A stretch of 33,577 nucleotides of DNA from Syntrophomonadaceae bacterium (GTDB lineage: Bacteria > Bacillota > Syntrophomonadia > Syntrophomonadales > Syntrophomonadaceae): positions 1 to 33,577 of the forward strand of contig DATMYR010000067.1 in the NCBI GenBank assembly GCA_035560815.1, read 5' to 3'. Below the pieces are notes generated by a model. It ran no database searches and had not been told where the DNA came from. It saw only the letters and a program-made list of their open reading frames with translations. Position 1 is the stretch's first letter, and the number at the start of each line of letters is the position of its first letter. This document shows positions 27,094-33,577 of the stretch, piece by piece. Both the position numbers and the translations under genes were made by a program.

Positions 27094-27779
27094 AACATGG
27101 CTCAAAAGTCGCAGATGGCAGTCATGACTGCAAGATGATTGAGCTGAAACAGCTTGCCAGTGCTGTCCACCAATACTTCTGGCAAAATAAGCTGTTATTG
27201 GTGCAATCACTAACTGAGGGCCAGCAACTCCTGGAGGCGCTGATACGGGAAGGGATAGCCTGGGCTAATCTGCGACCCATCACACCGCTGGAGTTGGCTC
27301 TGGAAATGATTCAACCAGATATGCAGCAACGGGGTTTAGAACGAATCGAGCCGGATCAACTTTTGTTTATGTTGAACGAAATCATCGCGGGCCTTGAACG
27401 GCGAGGGGAGATTGTCTATTTTCGACAACTCCTGGAGACGGGCGTCTTGACCCAGGTGATCGTGAAGAGCATCACTGAATTACGTCTGACCGAGGTGGAG
27501 GCCGCTACCCTTAGTCCCGAGCAACTTGGGGACCCCCAAAAGGCAAGGGAAATGGGCCTTATCCTCAACGCCTACGATCTGGAGCTGGAAAGCCGAGGCT
27601 TGATGGATGATGCAGCGGTCTTCCAGCGCGCAAATGGACTACTTTTAACCGGTACTAACTTATTGTCAGAAAAAGTAATTATTATACCTGAAAAACTACC
27701 ACTATCAACAATAGCGAATCATTTTGTCAGCCAGCTTAAGAAACATTCTGGAATCATCCTCTGGGAAAACCCGCTGTAG
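27090..27779 (+). CDS. Hypothetical protein translationally coupled to the exonuclease (ATGA overlap), possibly a truncated remnant
   Basis: No recognisable catalytic motif. The reading frame runs into an AT-rich tract (about 27650-27930) and ends without a terminator. Confidence 0.4.
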   Translation: MKHGSKVADGSHDCKMIELKQLASAVHQYFWQNKLLLVQSLTEGQQLLEALIREGIAWANLRPITPLELALEMIQPDMQQRGLERIEPDQLLFMLNEIIAGLERRGEIVYFRQLLETGVLTQVIVKSITELRLTEVEAATLSPEQLGDPQKAREMGLILNAYDLELESRGLMDDAAVFQRANGLLLTGTNLLSEKVIIIPEKLPLSTIANHFVSQLKKHSGIILWENPL

Positions 27780-27930
27780 TTATGGTAAGGAATCCCATTT
27801 AGCTTCGAACTTGGCCTATGAGAAGCAATTGTTTCCCTATCCTTTCTTACTGTAATCTTTGTCATCAACAGAATTGTTAAGCACCACTCTCATGACAACC
27901 GTCAAAAACTAAATTGCCAACAGCCCGAAT

Positions 27931-30723
27931 TTAAATATTCTTCCATTCACCCCGGTTCTGATCAGGAAAGTTCTTACAGCGTATTTCACCCGGTCTGCTG
28001 GCCACCTGGGCCTGGCAAGACTCGGGACGGTTGTTGCTGGCCCAGATGTGGCAGATAGGAATGTTCATTTCTTCAGCCCGGCCTACAATCTGTGCTGTCA
28101 CCGAAGAATACTTCCGGCGATTGCCGTCCCATACTACCATGATCACATCGCTGTGGTCAGCGATATAATGTCCGGTCTTTAAATAGGCTGTTTGGCGGGT
28201 AGGGGAGAGTGGCATCTCAATTACTTCAATAGCACGATTGGACAACCAGTAGTTGAACTCGTTGCGCAATTCAGCTCCCTGAGGATCTGTTCGGTAATCA
28301 TCACTGATGCCGAAATCGTTGATGTATTGTTCCAGGGCGTAAGGCAATACGGCAATGAGTCGAGAGGCTTCTATTTTCAATAATTCACGGGCCACCAGGC
28401 GGTCGGCTCCCAGAGCCAGAGGGGAAAAGACGGTAAGATAGTGCTCGGGGTACTCTTGCTTGATATAGGCAATAGCATGATCCACTGCCTCCTTAAGTAT
28501 ATCCATCTCCTCCGGGTCCAGGTTTACGTGCCCGGTAATTCCTATCCTCAGCATCTCCCGGTGACCCAGATATGTCAAGTCATTGAACTCTTTCATGTTT
28601 ACATGCATCTCAATAATGTGATCGGGGGGCAGGCTGGATAGTTCGTATTTGCGTTTGTCGGCCAAACTGCTCATCTTGAGCAAATTCTCAAGAGAACGCG
28701 ATCCATGGCGATAGCGGGTGGTAAGAAGGAAGGCGTCCAGGACTCCGGAGTCGATTTCAAACTGGCTGCTATGCATGATCTGCGGCGCATTGGACTCAAG
28801 AGATTGGCGCAGGATAAAAGCCCGGCGGATCATATAGAGCCGGTCTTCAACGGTATTGGGGTTGCCGTTGATACCTCGAATGTTGATGAAGGCCCGCAAG
28901 CGGCTGATAAAATCAGGCTTTTTGGCCGCCCGATCAGAGGAACTATCTCTCTCACTGAATTCTTCAAAGGAGTGTCGGGTGGCTCCGGCGAAAACATAGA
29001 TGCCGCCGCCCAGTGGGTGGGGAAGGCCCTGATACGTGAATTCGCCATCCTGCATGGGAGCCAGAAAATAACGGAGCCATCCCAGGGGCTGGCCCTGGCA
29101 GGGAGTATCGAATTCATCCCAAAAAACCAGTGGCATTTTCCCTTTCAGGTTCAGGTCGCGAACCTGGTCAAAGGCGGTCTGCAATTCCTCAGCCGAATCA
29201 AACTGGGAGAGGTTAAAAGTAAGCTGAGCATCCTCGCCAATGCCCAACCCTTTAGCGATTTCTTTAATGACAAATGACTTACCCGCTCCCGGCTGCCCGA
29301 AGACCGCTACGCAGATCGGCTTTTCCGGCCTTTTTAGGCGCAGGTAATCACGCATGGCATTATTAACGCTGCGCACCCCTTCTATTTCCTGACGGTCAGC
29401 ACTGCTCCAGGCTCCCACCGTCTCTACCGGAACATTCAATAAAGCTGCCTGGGGCCCATTCACTACGATGTTTCTTGCCAATTCATTGACCGCCCGAATG
29501 CTCTGAGGGTCTTGCACACAGCACTCTCGGTCCAGGTTTTTCCATAACGCATCTTCCAGAATGGTCCACCTGCCTGGTTTACTGCGAGCGGTATTTTTAT
29601 CATCCACAAAGATGCCCAGTTCACTGACAAGATCCAGGAGAGGCAAACCGGTGGCACTTTTCTTACCGGTTTTCAATTCCTGATAAGCGTAAACCATGGT
29701 CTGGTAAGGAAACTGCAGGTGTTTATGCTCATCGTGCTCCACCACGTCGTAGCCCTTGATATGAAGGAGGCGGGCTAGTTCTAAACCAATGCGGGTGGCT
29801 TCAGTCCAGTCCACGCCCTCCGGGTTTTCTGCCCAGGAGACGGCCAATGCCCCAATAATACAGCTATTGTCACCGATGATCTGACCGGGGAACTGGCTGG
29901 CGAAATCACCTTCTTGCCCCCGACGGTCGAAGATCAGGGTATTGACCTTCTGCCCTACAATGACAGCACCGCTTAGCCCGATGGGGACAATAACCTGATG
30001 GTATTTTATATTTTTTCCTGTGGAATCTGCAAAGGGGCAGCTGGGACTCAATACAGCTTTGACTACTTCCTCCAGCATGCGCTCCCAGGATAAGGAAATG
30101 CCCACCTTAACCGCACAAGCCCGCAGGTCACTCAAGGAGCTGACGATCGTGGTTTTCTGTGCTAGACCTAATTCTATAATCCGGCTGAGCAACGGGTTTT
30201 CCTGTCCGTTGTTATACTGGCCGAGTTTCAGAATGATATGAGCCGGGCTTTTTTCTCCCCCGGTCAAAACTTCAGGCCATCCTGCCGGACAGTGACTAAA
30301 ACCAAGACCACTGTCCTGAATCAGCAGCAGGTCGGGATATCCGCTTAGACGGGCGGAAGGGTAATCCCAGTTACCAGTTTCAAATTCGTGCCATTTCCAG
30401 AGGCGAAAGGAGTTCTGATGCAGTCCCGGGTTGGCAAACTCTTTCCACAAAGTCCAGGAGGTGGTGATGCATCGGTCTTTGGGTCGCTTTAATAGGTCGT
30501 CATCCAATATTGCGCCTTCCACCCGGGCTATCTGGGGCGAGATCATTTCATTCAACAATTCTAGTATCAAGGCCGATCCACCCGGCTTGGAACTGAGCCG
30601 CACCCGGGAATCCTCATCTTGCCGCTGCCAGTAGTAGACGCCCCCGTGTACAGTCACGTCATCGTGGTGAATCCGAAACCAGTCTACGGTGGGATCGCCG
30701 CACACCTGTATCAATAAACACAT
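27931..30723 (-). CDS. Large three-part protein: uncharacterised N-terminal region (about 480 aa), AAA+-like P-loop ATPase, C-terminal SLOG (SMF/DprA-LOG) Rossmann-like domain
   Basis: Walker A VAVFGQPGAGKSF, Walker B MPLVFWDEFD, sensor-like VFAGATR. C-terminal VFSPLALGADRLVARELLKIEASRLIAVLPYALEQ aligns with the DprA/SLOG core (SGLA.GID ... AH ... AL ... IAVL ... GLD). ATG at 30721-30723 follows AAAGGCGGGAGG. The 34-codon ORF-track extension lacks a ribosome-binding site. Confidence 0.8.
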   Translation of the reverse strand: MCLLIQVCGDPTVDWFRIHHDDVTVHGGVYYWQRQDEDSRVRLSSKPGGSALILELLNEMISPQIARVEGAILDDDLLKRPKDRCITTSWTLWKEFANPGLHQNSFRLWKWHEFETGNWDYPSARLSGYPDLLLIQDSGLGFSHCPAGWPEVLTGGEKSPAHIILKLGQYNNGQENPLLSRIIELGLAQKTTIVSSLSDLRACAVKVGISLSWERMLEEVVKAVLSPSCPFADSTGKNIKYHQVIVPIGLSGAVIVGQKVNTLIFDRRGQEGDFASQFPGQIIGDNSCIIGALAVSWAENPEGVDWTEATRIGLELARLLHIKGYDVVEHDEHKHLQFPYQTMVYAYQELKTGKKSATGLPLLDLVSELGIFVDDKNTARSKPGRWTILEDALWKNLDRECCVQDPQSIRAVNELARNIVVNGPQAALLNVPVETVGAWSSADRQEIEGVRSVNNAMRDYLRLKRPEKPICVAVFGQPGAGKSFVIKEIAKGLGIGEDAQLTFNLSQFDSAEELQTAFDQVRDLNLKGKMPLVFWDEFDTPCQGQPLGWLRYFLAPMQDGEFTYQGLPHPLGGGIYVFAGATRHSFEEFSERDSSSDRAAKKPDFISRLRAFINIRGINGNPNTVEDRLYMIRRAFILRQSLESNAPQIMHSSQFEIDSGVLDAFLLTTRYRHGSRSLENLLKMSSLADKRKYELSSLPPDHIIEMHVNMKEFNDLTYLGHREMLRIGITGHVNLDPEEMDILKEAVDHAIAYIKQEYPEHYLTVFSPLALGADRLVARELLKIEASRLIAVLPYALEQYINDFGISDDYRTDPQGAELRNEFNYWLSNRAIEVIEMPLSPTRQTAYLKTGHYIADHSDVIMVVWDGNRRKYSSVTAQIVGRAEEMNIPICHIWASNNRPESCQAQVASRPGEIRCKNFPDQNRGEWKNI

Positions 30724-31131
30724 CCTATCAACCTCCCGCCTTTTGCCCGGTGTTGAAACAAAAGAAGCCTTTCCGCCGGCAGACCGGATTGGAAAGACCC
30801 CATGATTTTCATAATCATGCCCCACCGGCCATGATTGCTTCTCGGTAGCATTTATTATATCATATCAGGGCATCGCTTCCAGGTAACATCTGTTAACGAT
30901 TCGGGCACAGGAGAAAGTCACGAACATATTCGTGGTATAATAAGGGAAAAATGGGATAGGCGTTCGAATAATCATGTATCGCTCGCTGCTTTTGTAGTAC
31001 GATTTGCTCGTCAATCATCCCAAGATTGACGATTTCTACGATAACTGGCGTCTCATTGCATAAATCTTAGGCAGTGTATGAATCACCTGGGCAATAAAGC
31101 AGGCTATAGATGAAGGGATACGATATAAATC

Positions 31132-31836
31132 ATGAAGATCGCGATAGAAAAGCGGAAGACATTTTTTGTAAAAAACCGTAAACCACTGATCACTGTCTTC
31201 GTGATGATCGTCATTTTGACTGGTGTTGCCTTCTTGGCGGTCAATTGGTACGTAGAACGGGTTGGAGGTAAATACATATACAGTGGAAATGAGATACCTC
31301 ATGCAGATGCTATTTTGGTTTTAGGTGCATTTGTTCTTCCTGATGGAAACGTATCGTCTATGCTCAACGACCGGCTTACAGTGGGATATCAACTATATGA
31401 ACAGGGCAAGGCACCGAAAGTTCTTGTGAGCGGGGATCACGGACGTAAAGATTATGATGAAGTGAACACCATGAAGGAGTTCATGAAGAAGAAAGGCGTA
31501 CCAGGTCAGGATGTGTTTATGGATCATGCCGGTTTTAGCACCTACGAGAGTATGTATAGAGCGCGGGATATCTTTCAAGTGAAGAAGGTAATTATCGTAA
31601 CACAGCGCTATCATCTTCTGCGTGCAGTTTTCATAGCCAGGAAATTGGGCCTTGATGCTTATGGAGTCGCTTCTGATCTGCACGATTATGGATCGGTAAT
31701 GGCCGGCTACCAACTCAGAGAAATGGTAGCCCGGAACAAGGACTTCCTGATGACAGAGATCATCAAACCCGAGCCTACTTTTTTAGGAGACGCCATACCG
31801 GTATTCGGTGATGGGGGAGCTACGGACGATAAATAG
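31132..31836 (+). CDS. sanA: SanA/YdcF (DUF218) family membrane protein
   Basis: N-terminal TM helix, then ADAILVLGAFVLPDG ... VLVSGDHG ... DHAGFSTYES ... IIVTQRYHLLRAVFIA, typical of DUF218/SanA. Confidence 0.8.
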   Translation: MKIAIEKRKTFFVKNRKPLITVFVMIVILTGVAFLAVNWYVERVGGKYIYSGNEIPHADAILVLGAFVLPDGNVSSMLNDRLTVGYQLYEQGKAPKVLVSGDHGRKDYDEVNTMKEFMKKKGVPGQDVFMDHAGFSTYESMYRARDIFQVKKVIIVTQRYHLLRAVFIARKLGLDAYGVASDLHDYGSVMAGYQLREMVARNKDFLMTEIIKPEPTFLGDAIPVFGDGGATDDK

Positions 31837-31907
31837 GAGGTCATGAACCGGGTAACAGATGAAGGGCGAGGGTTCGTTGTTTCAGCTACAAAGGAGGAGG
31901 TTTTACA

Positions 31908-32780
31908 GTGAAGAACAAACTGCTTTTCCTGGCAACCTTGTTTGTATCGTTTCTTTGGGCTCTGGGCGCCGCGAGTGCTGACACCATTATCGTTAACGGG
32001 ACTACTGTATACAACGGGGATCCAGTTACGGAGAACGGGAGGATTCTGGCACCCCTCGTACCGTTTTGCCAGGCCCTTGGGGTGCAGGCGCAGTGGAATC
32101 AGGAACTGCAAAATATAAAAATTGAGGGGAAAGATACTGAGATATTTTTATATGTGAATGGGGACCAGGCCTTTGTCAACCGGGTTGCTACTCCTATTGC
32201 GGTGCCTCCCCGTATAGTGAATGATCAGATATATATTCCTGTTGTTTTTGTAAGTACAACTTTGGGCTTTCAGGTAAGTTGGGATGCAGATAAGCAGACA
32301 GTCTATGTAGCCGGGAGGACGAATGATTTGGGTTCCCCCCCGGACTCATCAACAAATGTAACCAGGTTGCTTTTATCTGATGGCTCTGTCTATGAAGGAA
32401 AGGTATCCGAAGGACAGCCAAATGGAAAAGGGGTTCGGACTGGCCCGGATGGCAGCAGTTTTTCTGGCGATTTCAGAAATGGCAGACCGGACGGTGTGGG
32501 AGAATATCACTACCCAAGCGGTGCTGTCTATAACGGGCAGTTTAGCAACGGGCAGATGAATGGATGGGGTATCCTGAATTATGTAAATGGTAATAAATAC
32601 GAAGGGAATTGGCTGAATTCTCAATTCAATGGCTACGGTGAGTTCTCATTTACCGATGGGACCATTTATCGCGGTAATTTTTTGAACGGGTTATCGGAGG
32701 GAACAGGATCCGTTACCTATCCTAACGGGCGAATTCTTAATGGTACCTGGCAGCAGGGCAAGCTCATGGAAGGCCGATGA
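31908..32780 (+). CDS. Secreted protein: copper-amine-oxidase-N-terminal-like stalk domain plus MORN repeats
   Basis: Signal peptide (LLFLATLFVSFLWALGAASA). LAPLVPFCQALGVQAQWNQE ... IYIPVVFVSTTLGFQVSWD resembles the Cu_amine_oxidN1 fold. C-terminal YxGxFxNGxxxGxG MORN units occur six or more times. GTG start after AAAGGAGGAGG. Confidence 0.75.
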   Translation: MKNKLLFLATLFVSFLWALGAASADTIIVNGTTVYNGDPVTENGRILAPLVPFCQALGVQAQWNQELQNIKIEGKDTEIFLYVNGDQAFVNRVATPIAVPPRIVNDQIYIPVVFVSTTLGFQVSWDADKQTVYVAGRTNDLGSPPDSSTNVTRLLLSDGSVYEGKVSEGQPNGKGVRTGPDGSSFSGDFRNGRPDGVGEYHYPSGAVYNGQFSNGQMNGWGILNYVNGNKYEGNWLNSQFNGYGEFSFTDGTIYRGNFLNGLSEGTGSVTYPNGRILNGTWQQGKLMEGR

Positions 32781-32969
32781 ACATACAAGAGTATATACAA
32801 GGGCAGTTGAGAGCGTGGGAAAAAAGTTTGCAGGGTACTAGACAGGACCCACAGTCCAAGCAAGACAGAAACGGCTTGCTTGCAGTATCATAGGAGGAGC
32901 TTTTTATGGTCCTTGACAAGTCCCTGAAAATAGGGATTAAATGAAGTATTACGATTTAAATTGAGGAGC

Positions 32970-33338
32970 ATGAATGTGACCGATATTATAGTGTATGTTT
33001 TAATTGGCTTAGCCGCTGGTGTCCTGGGCGGCATTTTCGGTCTAGGGGGTGGACTCATCGTCGTGCCAGCCCTGATTTTTATCAGCGGGTTTACTCAATT
33101 GAAGGCCCAGGGGACCTCCCTGGCCGTTATGCTGCCACCCGTGGGGCTCCTGGCTTTTATGACCTATTATCGGAATGGTAATGTGGACCTGAAAGCCGGC
33201 ATTATTATATGCATCACCCTCTTTGTTGGAGCATTCTTTGGGGCACGGATGGCTCAGTCCGTAAATCCCGATTTATTAAGAAAGGGTTTTGCAATATTTA
33301 TGATCCTGGTTTCACTGAAAATGCTGTCCGGAAAATAA
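32970..33338 (+). CDS. TauE/SafE (DUF81) family membrane protein, half-size
   Basis: GLAAGVLGGIFGLGGGLIVVPALIF ... GTSLAVMLP and four predicted TM helices. ATG at 32970. A GTG at 32976 has better ribosome-binding-site spacing. Confidence 0.7.
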   Translation: MNVTDIIVYVLIGLAAGVLGGIFGLGGGLIVVPALIFISGFTQLKAQGTSLAVMLPPVGLLAFMTYYRNGNVDLKAGIIICITLFVGAFFGARMAQSVNPDLLRKGFAIFMILVSLKMLSGK

Positions 33339-33375
33339 ATGACTATAAGAACAAAATATTGAGATGCTTTTGAAC

Positions 33376-33416
33376 AATGAGAACTCATCATTTCCCGCGA
33401 GTTCTCATTGTTTTTG
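33376..33416 (+). terminator. Rho-independent terminator (AATGAGAACTC / GAGTTCTCATT, then TTTTT)
   Basis: Perfect 11-bp stem, 12-nt loop, 5-nt U run, 38 nt after the stop at 33338. Confidence 0.75.
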
Positions 33417-33577
33417 CATACTATCAGGCACCGAATTTATAAATGCTATACCGAGAAATTATCATAGACTTGTTTTTATCAACGTATGGCAAGAAGAAAA
33501 CCATGCAAACCTGCGTATTAATTCAGTGTGAGCATGTTCATCAAGTGATCCAAAATCATAACATAAAGTTATTATAC

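Noticed and set aside
1-33577. Searched for tRNA-like T-loop motifs (GGTTCGAATCC-type), CRISPR-type regular direct repeats, transposase or integrase genes and terminal inverted repeats
   Set aside because: None found. The only regular repeats are the in-frame protein-coding tandem repeats (16155-16315, 23240-24430) and the paralogous domain copies in 18717-20835.

Overview
The window reads as chromosomal DNA from a Gram-positive-type anaerobe (GGAGG-type ribosome-binding sites, about 50% GC). Almost every gene is on the + strand. No rRNA, tRNA, CRISPR array or transposase was recognised.

Gene order, left to right:
1. A chemotaxis block (cheW tail, cheB, cheY, two CheX-family phosphatases) ending in a large Rossmann-PAS-GAF-HD-GYP c-di-GMP phosphodiesterase.
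2. A 680-bp AT-rich spacer holding an orphan consensus promoter plus terminator, a candidate small RNA.
3. A seven-gene corrinoid operon: CobA-type adenosyltransferase, acyl-CoA mutase large subunit (Phe/Gln signature of isobutyryl-CoA mutase rather than Tyr/Arg of methylmalonyl-CoA mutase, if my recollection of the reference motifs is right), B12-binding small subunit, MeaB G-protein chaperone, a second stand-alone B12-binding protein, a C_GCAxxG_C_C protein and an MtnA/eIF2B-family sugar-phosphate isomerase.
4. An M24 aminopeptidase, a small Cys-rich protein, and an HD-domain CCA/poly(A)-polymerase-family nucleotidyltransferase.
5. A zinc-ribbon membrane protein with a Pro-rich tandem repeat.
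6. An ECF sigma factor with an overlapping membrane protein and a downstream orphan paralog. Together they carry four copies of a roughly 125-aa extracytoplasmic domain I could not place.
7. A minus-strand pair: a transglutaminase-like protein and a PghP-like poly-gamma-glutamate hydrolase.
8. An SPFH/flotillin protein with five tandem repeats of about 80 aa inserted in the SPFH domain.
9. The most unusual locus: an ADP-ribosylglycohydrolase, a DnaQ-like exonuclease with a probably truncated partner ORF, and on the opposite strand a 930-aa protein (uncharacterised N-terminal half, AAA+-like P-loop ATPase, C-terminal SLOG/DprA-like domain). I read it as a candidate nucleotide-signal-sensing conflict or defence gene.
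10. SanA/DUF218, a secreted MORN-repeat protein and a TauE/SafE-family membrane protein.

Several clean rho-independent terminators are annotated.
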